The notes: generated by a model from the letters alone, not told the origin. A stretch of 64,000 nt of DNA from an uncultured Acidobacteriota bacterium (GCA_963741955.1 CAVUKB010000001.1:352001-416000), one strand, 5' to 3'; numbered from the stretch's first letter, positions 31,482 to 40,888 are shown. A program made the numbers and translations.

Positions 31482-32231
31482 ATGCCGGACCACAAGAACA
31501 GAAACCAGCAGTCGGAGAATCTCCGCCGCTCTCAGGCGCGCAAGCGCTCCTCGGTCGACCCGGTGCAGATCCTCGACCGCTCGATCTACCACCTCTGGGA
31601 GACCATCAACGATCTCGAGCAGATCCAGCCCGAGCACGTGGAGCACTTCCGGGTCTCGATTTTCGGGAGTAGCCGGATCCGCCGCGGAGACCCGATCTAC
31701 GACGACGTGAAACGGCTCAGTGCCGAGCTCGCGAAGCTCGGCTACGACATCGTGACCGGCGGAGGGCCGGGTCTGATGGAAGCGGCGAACTCCGGCGCAG
31801 TGGAGGGACAGGGCGAGAGTCATTCCCGCTCGTTCGGTCTTCCGATCCATCTCCCGAGTGAGGAGACCGCGAATCCCTTCGTCGACCGGGTCTACCGCCA
31901 CCGGACGTTTTTTTCGAGGCTGCATCATTTCGTCCGGCTCTCGTCGGCCTTCGTCGTCTTTCCCGGCGGCATCGGAACGGGGCTGGAGACGTTCATGATC
32001 TGGCAACTGCTTCAGGTGAAGCACCTTCGGGAACATCCCCTGATCCTGGTCGGGAAGATGTGGGATGGCCTGATCGCATGGATGAACGATACGATGATGA
32101 GCCGCGGACTGGTGAGTCCTCCGGACATGGAGATCGTCACGGTCGTGGCGACGGCCGAAGAGGCAATCCCGATCGTCGTCGAAGCATACGAAAGGTTCAA
32201 GAAGGAAAATTCGAATGCCCACTCAAGATGA
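31482..32231 (+). CDS. LOG family protein
   Basis: VSIFGSSR, TGGGPGLMEAAN, FPGGIGT. Confidence 0.88.
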   Translation: MPDHKNRNQQSENLRRSQARKRSSVDPVQILDRSIYHLWETINDLEQIQPEHVEHFRVSIFGSSRIRRGDPIYDDVKRLSAELAKLGYDIVTGGGPGLMEAANSGAVEGQGESHSRSFGLPIHLPSEETANPFVDRVYRHRTFFSRLHHFVRLSSAFVVFPGGIGTGLETFMIWQLLQVKHLREHPLILVGKMWDGLIAWMNDTMMSRGLVSPPDMEIVTVVATAEEAIPIVVEAYERFKKENSNAHSR

Positions 32232-33294
32232 AGTCATGCAGGCGCTGCGCGGCGTCAGATTTCCCGGTCTCTCGCGGGACATCGTCTCATTCGGATTCGT
32301 TCGCGACGTCGCGATCGAAGGAACACGGGTCTCGTTCGCGGTGCACTTCCAGACCGAGAACCCCGCGATCGGAGAGCAGATCGCACGCGAAGCGCGTGCA
32401 GCGGTGATGGAGCTGCCGGGCGTCAAGGACGTCGAGGTGAAGATCGAGGCGGCTCCTCGGGGCGCATCGCCGGCCGGAATGGGTAGCCAGATGGAGCCGC
32501 TCGAGCACGTGAAGTACAAGATCGCCGTCGCGTCGGGGAAGGGAGGAGTCGGAAAATCGACCGTCTCGACCAATCTCGCACTCTCGCTCCGGATGCTCGG
32601 CTACCGCGTCGGCCTCCTCGACGCCGACATCTACGGCCCGTCGCAGCAGATGATGCTCGGAATTCACGGACGTCCGCAGATCGACGCAGAGGACGAGAAG
32701 ATCGTTCCGATGGAGCGCCACGGAGTGAAGACGATGTCGCTCGGACTGATCACCGATCCCGACACTCCGGTGATCTGGCGCGGACCGATGGTCATGAAGG
32801 CGCTCGAGCAGTTCCTGATGGATGTGAAATGGGGAGAGCTCGATTTCATGATCATCGACCTCCCGCCAGGAACCGGCGACGCACAGCTCACCGTCACCCA
32901 GCGGGTCCCGCTCTCGGGGGCGATCGTCGTCACCACTCCGCAGGACGTGGCCCTCATCGACGCGCGCAAGGGATTGGCGATGTTCCGGAAAGTCAACGTC
33001 CCGGTGCTCGGGATCGTGGAGAACATGAGCTACTACATCTGCCGGCACTGCGGAGAGCGCGAAGAGATCTTCGGACACGGCGGTGGACGGAAGACCGCCG
33101 AGATGCTGGACGTCCCTTTTCTGGGCGAAGTGCCGGTCGATCCGAAGGTGGTGGTTGGAGGGGACACCGGAGAACCGATCGTGGTGCTCGACCCCGAATC
33201 ACCCGCGACGAAGGCGTTTCTCGAACTGGGGCGCCAGATCGCCGAGGTGATGCAGGCGCACGAGGAGCACGACTCGGGGATCCGCGTCCACTGA
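32215..33294 (+). CDS. mrp: Mrp/ApbC Fe-S cluster carrier ATPase
   Basis: SGKGGVGKST, DADIYGPS, WRGPM, DLPPGTGD, ENMS..CxxC. Confidence 0.93.
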   Translation: MPTQDEVMQALRGVRFPGLSRDIVSFGFVRDVAIEGTRVSFAVHFQTENPAIGEQIAREARAAVMELPGVKDVEVKIEAAPRGASPAGMGSQMEPLEHVKYKIAVASGKGGVGKSTVSTNLALSLRMLGYRVGLLDADIYGPSQQMMLGIHGRPQIDAEDEKIVPMERHGVKTMSLGLITDPDTPVIWRGPMVMKALEQFLMDVKWGELDFMIIDLPPGTGDAQLTVTQRVPLSGAIVVTTPQDVALIDARKGLAMFRKVNVPVLGIVENMSYYICRHCGEREEIFGHGGGRKTAEMLDVPFLGEVPVDPKVVVGGDTGEPIVVLDPESPATKAFLELGRQIAEVMQAHEEHDSGIRVH

Positions 33295-33329
33295 CGATGA
33301 GGGCGAAGCCCCCGCAGGCTTCGAACGTG

Positions 33330-33356
33330 AAGAGGAGGCTCATAGCCTCCTCTTTT
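33330..33356 (+). terminator. Probable intrinsic terminator after mrp
   Basis: AAGAGGAGGCT-cat-AGCCTCCTCTT followed by TT. Confidence 0.55.
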
Positions 33357-33508
33357 CGCATTCGCGCGACGGATCGCCGCTTTCGCAACCTCCTTTGATC
33401 GCCAACTTGCGACCCGCCCGTCCCGGCTCACGACGCGCTCCGAAGAACCCGGTTCCGGGCTCCGCCGTCTCAGTGATGAACGTCCACGACTCCAATCCGA
33501 GGTGATTG

Positions 33509-34057
33509 ATGCATGTGACCCGATGGATGGCAATCGTTCTGTTCGTGGCTCTCCCCGTCGCAGCACAGCAGCGCTCGCATCCGGACGCGCCGGTGCAGGA
33601 AGCGCTTCAGGCGGAGCAGAATCTCCGCCAGGCGATGCAGAGGTTCGCGGAGGAGAAGAAGGTGTACCAACGCGATCTTGCGGTCCTGGAGCATCTCGGA
33701 AAGGCTCATGCTGCTCTCGAAGATGCGATGCAGCCTGCGGTTTCTCTCGAAAAGTGTCACGACGAAGTGGAAGAAGCGCGCCGGTTGATCACAGACCCGC
33801 TCCTGTTCGCCGGGGTCCGCCGGGTCAGCGATGAGCTCGAGAGCGCGAGGCGCAGCCCCGGGATGGCGGACTTCGACCGGCTCCGGACCCTCCTTGTTCG
33901 CGAGACGCTGAATCGAGCCCGGGCCATCGTGGCGGAGAACTCACTGCGGGTGCAGAACGAAGTCGCTCAATGGCTCGCGGTCCAGAAGGGGATTGCCGAT
34001 CATCTCCAGGACCTGAACCGCGTCGGAGCGGATAGTCTGCGGAAGTCCCTAAAGTAG
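33509..34057 (+). CDS. Hypothetical secreted helical protein
   Basis: Signal peptide ..WMAIVLFVALPVAA; coiled-coil-like body. Confidence 0.7.
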   Translation: MHVTRWMAIVLFVALPVAAQQRSHPDAPVQEALQAEQNLRQAMQRFAEEKKVYQRDLAVLEHLGKAHAALEDAMQPAVSLEKCHDEVEEARRLITDPLLFAGVRRVSDELESARRSPGMADFDRLRTLLVRETLNRARAIVAENSLRVQNEVAQWLAVQKGIADHLQDLNRVGADSLRKSLK

Positions 34058-34148
34058 ACGTTTGTTGCGCCGGGCGGTGAGCGGATGGCGTGTGGAGAGC
34101 CCTGCGTGGTTCGTATTCCGTCGGCTCGCCAGGACTACAATCGGTGCG

Positions 34149-34670
34149 ATGTCCGTATCGAACGAAGCATCCACCCGCGATCTCGACACTCGCGATGCGA
34201 CGATCGGGAGAGTCCTCGCGTTTTTCGCGGAGATCGGTCTTTCTGCGCGGGAGGGTCCGTTGCCGGAGAAGACGTTCCTCCCCGGCGTGACCATCGACCG
34301 CGGCGCGCTCCTCTTCGACCGCGATGCGCTCGAGTATCCCGGCGATCTCCTGCACGAGGCCGGACACGTCGCCTTCGCGCCGCCCGAGATCCGGGCGACC
34401 CTCACCTCGGAGTCGTCGTTCGAGTTGGGGGAGGAGATTGCGGCGATCGCCTGGTCGTGGGCCGCGCTGGTCCACCTGCGGCTCGATCCGGAGATCGTCT
34501 TCCACGGTGGCGGGTACCGCGGCACCTCGCGTGCCTTCATCGAGAACTTCTCGACCGGCCACTATGCCGGCGTCCCGATGCTGGAGTGGGCGGGAATGAC
34601 GTTCGAGCCGCGCCGCGGGAGGGAGACCCCGGTGAGCTACCCGGCGATGCTCCACTGGCTCCGCCCGTAG
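34149..34670 (+). CDS. Hypothetical protein with HExxH motif
   Basis: FLPG, PGDLLHEAGH, E.AAIAWSWAA, YPAMLHWLR. Confidence 0.72.
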   Translation: MSVSNEASTRDLDTRDATIGRVLAFFAEIGLSAREGPLPEKTFLPGVTIDRGALLFDRDALEYPGDLLHEAGHVAFAPPEIRATLTSESSFELGEEIAAIAWSWAALVHLRLDPEIVFHGGGYRGTSRAFIENFSTGHYAGVPMLEWAGMTFEPRRGRETPVSYPAMLHWLRP

Positions 34671-34696
34671 CCCTGCCCGGGTCATCCGCAGGTCGC

Positions 34697-34985
34697 CCAC
34701 TCGACCGACTCCCAGTGCCATAGGCACGATTGACAGTAGGCGCTCTGCGCCGGAAGCCGGGGACTCCGCGACGGAGACGAATCTCGCTGCCCCTCACGAA
34801 GCCGGGGCCGACGTCGTCGTGGCCGAAGTCTCAAGGACCCCCGCCCCCTCTTCATGCCATGCCGTGCACGGCTCGACGCTCGTCCGAATCATCCGCGCTC
34901 CAAGACTTTGGTACTCGACCCCACGAAGCGCCAATCACGTCCACTCGCGCGACGTTCCCTCTCCCCGTCCGGGGTCATGTCTTGA
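34697..34985. repeat. Degenerate, internally deleted copy of the 341-bp unit
   Basis: Shares CCCAGTGCC.TAGGCACGATTGACAGTAG, GGGACTCCGCGACGGAGACGA, GGCCGAAGTCTCAAGGACCCC with the array; 3' part matches 37069-37177. Confidence 0.85.
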
Positions 34986-35030
34986 GCCGGCGTCCGCGAA
35001 AAGCAGATTCGGCACCGGGTTTCTCGTGCT

Positions 35031-35624
35031 TCACGTTTCTTCGAGCGCAGATTCGTCGCGCTCGGTCAACCGTCGCTCCAGCTCCTCGATCAGGTCGACG
35101 CCCTCGTCGCTTCCGTTCTCGAGGTAGGGAGTCACGAAGCTGATCTCCGAGAGCGTGTGCAGGACCTCCGAGATGCGCCGACTCGCCGTCTCGATGGTCT
35201 GGGAGGTCTGCTGTCCCTTCTCCCGTCGCGAAGCGATCTGCTGGAGAATCTGATTGTTCTGCTGGGCGAGATGCTGTGCCATCAGCGCCATCGCCCGCTG
35301 AAGCGTACGGATTCTCGTCTCGTGCCGCGCGAGCTGCATGTCCAGCTGGTGGGCCTCGTGGAGGGTGTAGCGAAAGCGGCCCCACAGAAAGAGAGCCAGT
35401 GTGGTCAGCACGAATTCCATCAGCAGAATTGGCAGAAAGGGGAAGGAGAACGCCGACCGCCAGAAGCGGTGCTCCAGATCGATCGACACGGCGTCACCGA
35501 TGAAGTAGGCCTCCATTCCCACCAGCCCGAAGTGCAACAGCATGCTGACGGCCGAGGCGAAAACGACCAGCAGGCCGTAACGCCTGCCGACCGCGAGCGT
35601 ACGCGATCTCCTGATCGGTGTCAT
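35031..35624 (-). CDS. Hypothetical two-TM protein with coiled-coil tail
   Basis: Two hydrophobic segments then a helical tail; lies between repeat copies. Confidence 0.65.
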   Translation of the reverse strand: MTPIRRSRTLAVGRRYGLLVVFASAVSMLLHFGLVGMEAYFIGDAVSIDLEHRFWRSAFSFPFLPILLMEFVLTTLALFLWGRFRYTLHEAHQLDMQLARHETRIRTLQRAMALMAQHLAQQNNQILQQIASRREKGQQTSQTIETASRRISEVLHTLSEISFVTPYLENGSDEGVDLIEELERRLTERDESALEET

Positions 35625-35702
35625 GGGGTCATGATCTCACGGTTCGCCGGGCAGAGCTCGACCAAGGGCACGCTCTTCACGCCACGCCTGTCCACGCCGC
35701 GG

Positions 35703-37475
35703 CGCTCGTCCGAACCATCCGTGCTCCCAAACTTTCGGATCCGTCCCCATAAGCGCCACCCATTCCCACTCGGGCGCCTCCCAGTGCCGTAGGCACGATT
35801 GACAGTAGCCCCGGGTGAAGGCGCGGTGCGCCGGAACCCGGGGACTCCGCGACGGAGACGATTCTCGTTGCCCCTCTCGAAGACCCAGGCGGGCGCGACG
35901 CGTGCCTGCGACGACGGAGCCACGGCCCGGAAGCATGTTCTGCACGCGGCGTGACCGCCGGGCCAGCGCCGGGGCCGACGTCGTCGTGGCCGAAGTCTCA
36001 AGGACCCCCGTCCGCTCTTTATGCCATGCCGTGCACGTCTCGACGCTCGTCCGAACCATCCGTGCTCCCAAACTTTCGGATCCATCCCCACGAAGCGCGA
36101 CCCATTCCCACTCGGGCGCCTCCCAGTGCCGTAGGCACGATTGACAGTAGCCCCGGGTGAAGGCGCGGTGCGCCGGAACCCGGGGACTCCGCGACGGAGA
36201 CGATTCTCGTTGCCCCTCTCGAAGACCCAGGCGGGCGCGACGCGTGCCTGCGATGACGGAGCCACGGCCCGGAAGCATGTTCTGCACGCGGCGTGACCGC
36301 CGGGCCAGCGCCGGGGCCGACGTCGTCGTGGCCGAAGTCTCAAGGACCCCCGTCCGCTCTTTATGCCATGCCGTGCACGTCTCGGCGCTCGTCCGAACCA
36401 TCCGTGCTCCCAAACTTTCGGATCCGTCCCCATAAGCGCCACCCATTCCCACTCGGGCGCCTCCCAGTGCCGTAGGCACGATTGACAGTAGCCCCGGGTG
36501 AAGGCGCGGTGCGCCGGAACCCGGGGACTCCGCGACGGAGACGATTCTCGTTGCCCCTCTCGAAGACCCAGGCGGGCGCGACGCGTGCCTGCGATGACGG
36601 AGCCACGGCCCTGAAGAATGTTCTGCACGCGGCGTGACCGCCGGGCCAGCGCCGGGACCGACGTCGTCGTGGGCGAAGTCTCAAGGACCCCCGTCCGCTC
36701 TTTATGCCATGCCGTGCACGTCTCGGCGCTCGTCCGAGCCATCCGTGCTCCCAAACTTTCGGATCCGTCCCCATAAGCGCGACCCATTCCCACTCGCGCG
36801 ACTCCCAGTGCCGTAGGCACGATTGACAGTAGCCCCGGGTGAAGGCGCGGTGCGCCGGAACCCGGGGACTCCGCGACGGAGACGATTCTCGTTGCCCCTC
36901 TCGAAAATCCAGGCGGGCGCGACGCGTGCCTGCGACGACGGAGCCACGGCCCGGAAGCATGTTCTGCACGCGGCGTGACCGCCGAGGCCAACGCCGGGGC
37001 CGACGTCGTCGTGGTCGAAGTCTCAAGGACCCCCGTCCGCTCTTTATGCGATGCCGTGCACGTCTCGACGCTCGTCCGAACCGTCCGCGCTGGAAGACTT
37101 CGGTACTCGACCCCACGAAGCGCCAATCACGCCCACTCGCGCGACGGTCTCCTATTCCCGTCCGGGGTCACGTCTTCAGTCGAAGCGTGCATTCGGGGAG
37201 AGGGAAGGGTGAGGGGCAATACCGAAAGTCAGATCCGACACCGAGGCCACTCGCCCCGTCCGCATAAGCGCCACCCACGCCACACGGGCGACTCCCAGTG
37301 CCGTAGGCACGATTGACAGTAGCCCCGGGTGAAGGCGCGGTGCGCCGGAACCCGGGGACTCCGCGACGGAGACGATTCTCGTTGCCCCTCTCGAAAATCC
37401 AGGCGGGCGCGACGCGTGCCTGCGACGACAGAGACACGGCCCTGAAGAATGTTCTGCACGCGGCGTGACCGCCGG
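35703..37475. repeat. Tandem array of four 341-342 bp units plus a partial fifth, each with a GTAG-type REP hairpin
   Basis: CGCTCGTCCGA recurs at 35703, 36044, 36386, 36727, 37069; each unit has GTAG-CCCCGGGT...ACCCGGGG; partial unit at about 37262-37472. Confidence 0.95.
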
Positions 37476-37646
37476 AATCCCCGCCGGGACCGTGAAGCAA
37501 GAGGCGACGAAGAAGTTCCTTGTCGCGTTTCCGAGGCGCCGCATTCGTTTTCCTTCCATGGTCATCCGCGCCTCTCGTCATATCGCCCGAACCCTCCATC
37601 CGGGCTCGTCTCTCGAGTGACTGAATCGAGTCGTTGACCGACCGCG

Positions 37647-38000
37647 CTATGGGAGATTAGGCCGCATCGTCGTCCAAACGACGAGCAGTGACGCCAGCCA
37701 GAAGAGCGTCGCGAGAATTGCCACGGTGCGCAGGAACCGCAAACGGCCTCTCGCCCGCGTGTCATCCACATCCGCGAGAATCCGCAGGCCCTTCTGCGCA
37801 CGCCACCAGGCGACCGGCGCGAGGATGAACCCGAACTTGACGCAGAGAATGAGCCAGCCGGTCGACTGATTCGCCAGGCGTAGCGCTTCCCGCGGAGACG
37901 GCGCCGCTCCCGATCCGTCCGCCACGCGGGGTCCATTGCACGACGGGCAAACGATGCGCCCTCCTGGAATCTCGTTCTCACAATTCGCGCAGATCATCAT
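37647..38000 (-). CDS. Small membrane protein with N-terminal zinc ribbon (probable cassette gene)
   Basis: CANC..CPSC then two hydrophobic segments. Confidence 0.65.
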   Translation of the reverse strand: MMICANCENEIPGGRIVCPSCNGPRVADGSGAAPSPREALRLANQSTGWLILCVKFGFILAPVAWWRAQKGLRILADVDDTRARGRLRFLRTVAILATLFWLASLLVVWTTMRPNLP

Positions 38001-38074
38001 TCCCTCGGCGGACCTTCATGCGGCCCCGCGCGACGAAGATGAAATACCACCGTGATGCACCCGTGCTCGTAGAT

Positions 38075-38400
38075 GTCGTCTCTCTGCGAGTGAGCCGGTC
38101 GTTGCCGATCTACGCCGAGATGCCGGAAGGTGTCGCCTTCGATGCGACAGATCCAGTGGTTGCGACTCTCAGCTCGGGCGAACAGCCCAAAGTGCTTCGT
38201 GTTCGATACCTGAAGGACGCAATGGTCGTAGAAGTGAAGACGGCGAACGGGCGAAGCGGCTGGGTCATGTACGATGGCGACGCCTTCTCCCTCAGCATGT
38301 GCAGACGACGATCGCGTGCCACGTCGAGCCGCCACATCGCGACGAGAACCAGGGCGACGGCCGTAACCACTGCGGTGAGTGTGATAACGAAGTACTTCAT
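38075..38400 (-). pseudogene. Cassette gene apparently split by an internal inversion
   Basis: Minus: MKYFVITLTAVVTAVALVLVAMWRLDVARDRR from ATG 38400; plus 38075-38296: ..VATLSSGEQPKVLRVRYLKD..NGRSGWV (SH3-like). Confidence 0.45.
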
Positions 38401-38420
38401 CGATTCGATACCGACGCGCG

Positions 38421-38521
38421 AGATAACACCGCGCGGTTCAGGGGCGCCGTCGACGCGCAGAGCGAAAGCATACCGCGAACGCATCGAAGGCGGCGGCCGC
38501 TGGGTAGGGGCTGAGTTATGC
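38421..38521 (-). other. attC site after hicA
   Basis: Minus: R'' GCATAAC (contains hicA stop) ... CTGAACCGCGCGGT-GTTATCT R'. Confidence 0.7.
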
Positions 38522-38707
38522 TCCCGGCCTTGGGATCTCGAGGTCCCGGCAGATCTTCTTCACGAGGTCGTCGAAGATCTCCCGATGACGCGGAACCGAT
38601 GTGACCTTCTATGCCTTTCGGTTTATGTAGATCGTGTGATTTCCACCTTCGCGAAAGAACTCGCAGCCGTGAGATTCGAGGTGTTGGATCAGATCGCGCC
38701 GTTTCAA
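38516..38707 (-). pseudogene. hicA: HicA toxin with internal amber stop
   Basis: Manual translation from TTG 38707: MKRRDLIQHLESHGCEFFREGGNHTIYINRKA*KVTSVPRHREIFDDLVKKICRDLEIPRPGA; TAG at 38611-38609. Confidence 0.9.
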
Positions 38708-38925
38708 GCGGAGACCTTGATCGGCTCGCGAATGACTTCGGCGTCGTGGATCTCTTCCTCGGCGAGTTCGCGGTTGGCGGCAAGTACCATGCTGATCGCT
38801 TCCGCCAGATTTGCTCGAGCCTCCTCCAACGTCGCACCCTGCGTGTTCGCGCCAGGAAGTTCCTCAGCGAAGGCGATGTATCCGCCCTCTACCGCTCGAA
38901 ACACCGCTGTGAAGTTCACGTCCAT
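38704..38925 (-). CDS. hicB: HicB antitoxin (short form)
   Basis: GGYIAFAEELPGANTQGATLEEARANLAEAI. Confidence 0.9.
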   Translation of the reverse strand: MDVNFTAVFRAVEGGYIAFAEELPGANTQGATLEEARANLAEAISMVLAANRELAEEEIHDAEVIREPIKVSA

Positions 38926-38939
38926 CACGTTCCTCGTCT

Positions 38940-39036
38940 CCATTTTGGCGCTCAGCCGCGCCAATCGCCCGCGAAAAGGTACCAACCTCGGGACGAGCGC
39001 GTTGCGGTTGAGGTCGGCTGCGGCGGTGAGCTATGC
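38940..39036 (-). other. Degenerate attC site
   Basis: Minus: GCATAGC-TCACCGCCGCAGCCGAC ... GCGGCTGAGCG; R' core not recognisable. Confidence 0.5.
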
Positions 39037-39047
39037 GGCTCGCGCCC

Positions 39048-39338
39048 TCAAGCCATGCGGAAACCGACCGGTGCGAGAAGCGCATGCCGATGTGCGCGGC
39101 AGGAAAGCGACCGGCCGACCGAATAATGAGAATCACGCTGGATGCCCTCATCGAGATCGGCCGTGCTGGCTACCCATTCATGTCGCTCTTGGTAACCGAA
39201 CCTCAGGATGACCAACAGTCGGCACCGTTCGAACGCGTTGGTTGAAACTTCGTCGACCTTGTTGCCAGCCGAAAGCTCGCGCGAAAGAACCGGCGCGAGA
39301 TGGTCGCAGACCGGCGGAAATTCGTTGTTCATCAACAT
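39048..39338 (-). CDS. Hypothetical cassette protein (~96 aa)
   Basis: Starts just after attC R' at 39355 and ends before the next R''-like box. Confidence 0.6.
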   Translation of the reverse strand: MLMNNEFPPVCDHLAPVLSRELSAGNKVDEVSTNAFERCRLLVILRFGYQERHEWVASTADLDEGIQRDSHYSVGRSLSCRAHRHALLAPVGFRMA

Positions 39339-39354
39339 TACGATCTCGTCCGCC

Positions 39355-39418
39355 GCCTGACGTTCCGGGTCAGCGGGGGGCCGCGCAGCGGACCGTCCAC
39401 TGTAAACGGTTGTCAGGC
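39355..39418 (-). other. attC site with non-canonical GAC/GTC core
   Basis: Minus: GCCTGAC-AACCGTTTACAGTGGACGGTCCGCTGCGCGGCCCCCCGCTGACCCGGAAC-GTCAGGC (64 bp). Confidence 0.7.
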
Positions 39419-39472
39419 GGCCGCTGACGACCAATTCGTGACGCCAGCCAGCCTCAAGAGAGACGTGCGCGG

Positions 39473-40200
39473 TCAAGAGCCGGCGATGGCGTTCTGACGG
39501 TCGTGCCACTTCGACAGGTTTACGCCTTTCACGAGCAGCCACAGCGCCGTGGAGAGTTCGGCGATGAATGGCGGCATCAGAATCACAGGAAACAACCGGG
39601 GCGCCAGCGCGGGGAAAAGGATCAGCACGGACCTGTTGATGAGGTAGCACACTCCCGCGAGCTGCATGCCGACCCCGAGCACCTTCGGCAGATACCCGGA
39701 GCGAAAGATCAAGTAGCCGAGAGCGATGCACGTCATGCCGAAGAAGATGAGGCCAAGCCCGAAGCCGTAATCGTGCGTTCTGAGCGACACGTACGCGAGC
39801 GCCTGAAGCTGTTGCGGCGTAAAGGCTCTCAGATACTCGGCATCGCCGAGGAGAAACGTGGGGATCAGTAGATTCAGCCTGTTCGCCACGAGCACGGAGG
39901 TCTGGACGAGGTTCGACAGGAGCGCGAAGAGCGCGATGTTGCGGTTCACCGGGCTGAGGAGCACGCAAAACACCAGCATGACGCCGATGTCGCACATGTG
40001 CATGAGGAGGTCGCCGGCGATACCGACGCGCCAGAGAGAAACGGATTGGGTGATGTGGTTCGCGGTGGCGACTGCGTTGCCCGAGACGATGAGCGGCCCT
40101 CTGGCGGAGACCTCCAAAAAATGCCGGCGGGGATGATGATCAGGTACAGCACGCCACCACTTCTCGCGTAGACCTGAGGGGTCGCGAACGAGGCGTTCAT
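39473..40200 (-). pseudogene. DUF4386-like membrane protein, frameshifted in a T6 run
   Basis: MNASFATPQVYARSGGVLYLIIIPAGIF continues as EVSARGPLIVSGNA.. in another frame at 40116-40121; ends ALWLLVKGV. Confidence 0.75.
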
Positions 40201-40269
40201 CGTGTTTCCCCTTGCATGGCCATCCGCCATCGGGGTTTGTGTCGCGTCATTCTCGCTCCCATCCACGAG

Positions 40270-40436
40270 CTAGGAGTCTGCGCGATAGAAACGTCCGTAG
40301 CGAGAAAGCGGAGCGCCGAGGCCAAATTCGTTCGGATTTGAGGTGCGTAGCGGTGGCTACTCGCCGAAAATTCGGACGGATTTGGACCGCTGATCCGCTT
40401 TCGCAGTAGGACGGTTTCTACCGCGCAGACTCCTAG
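40270..40436. mobile_element. MITE B, copy 2, inserted in a gene
   Basis: CTAG at both ends (40270-40273, 40433-40436); TIRs and body near-identical to 25003-25167. Confidence 0.88.
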
Positions 40437-40748
40437 GACCTTCTTGCGCTTCGCGAGTTCGCGCCCGCCGCCTTCAGACCACCTTTCGAGGCCACGGCCG
40501 CTTTCGACGATGGAACGAACGCGATCTCTCAGTTCCGTTGAGATCGGACCGGTATCCCAAGCCGCCTTGGCAAGAGCGAGCCAGAAGACGGGGCCCTCGT
40601 CTACGTCGAGAACCTCTTCAGCGAACTGTTTCGCTAGCGACGTGATGATCGTTTCACGCGACTCCAAGGCGTCGAAACGTCGCATGAACGCGTCGTATAC
40701 ATCAGCCGCGAAATCGTCCGCGAGAACTCCGATGCCCCAAGTACCCAT
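40433..40748 (-). pseudogene. DUF4259-like protein interrupted near its 3' end by MITE B
   Basis: MGTWGIGVLADDFAADV, FWLALA..W.., ..KRKKVL then MITE-derived residues. Confidence 0.65.
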
Positions 40749-40759
40749 GGCCCCCAACC

Positions 40760-40888
40760 GCCTAACGTCCCTTCACATCAGCCGCTCCGGGCCCAACGAG
40801 TGCGTTGGCGGAACGGCAGATGTGTAGACTGTAGGATTGTAACGCATGGAACGGCGGGGCCGGAGGCGGCTGCATGTGATAGTTAGCC
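40760..40888 (-). other. attC site after mazF
   Basis: Minus: GGCTAAC (contains mazF stop)-TATCACATGCAGCCGC ... GCGGCTGATGTGAAGGGAC-GTTAGGC. Confidence 0.85.

Noticed and set aside
35621-37126. 501-aa ORF and overlapping ORFs across the tandem array
   Set aside because: The translation cycles through different frames of the same unit; it is low-complexity and Arg/Ala/Gly-rich, as expected from GC-rich repeat DNA.
35703-37475. CRISPR or other guide array
   Set aside because: Units are near-identical over their whole length, with no unique spacers and no cas-like gene nearby.
37560-37665. Further attC after the zinc-ribbon gene (GCCTAAT box)
   Set aside because: No convincing R' box or pairing; at most a heavily decayed site.
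38018-39211. 397-aa plus-strand ORF
   Set aside because: Runs antisense through hicBA and attC sites; only 38075-38296 looks protein-like (see inversion finding).
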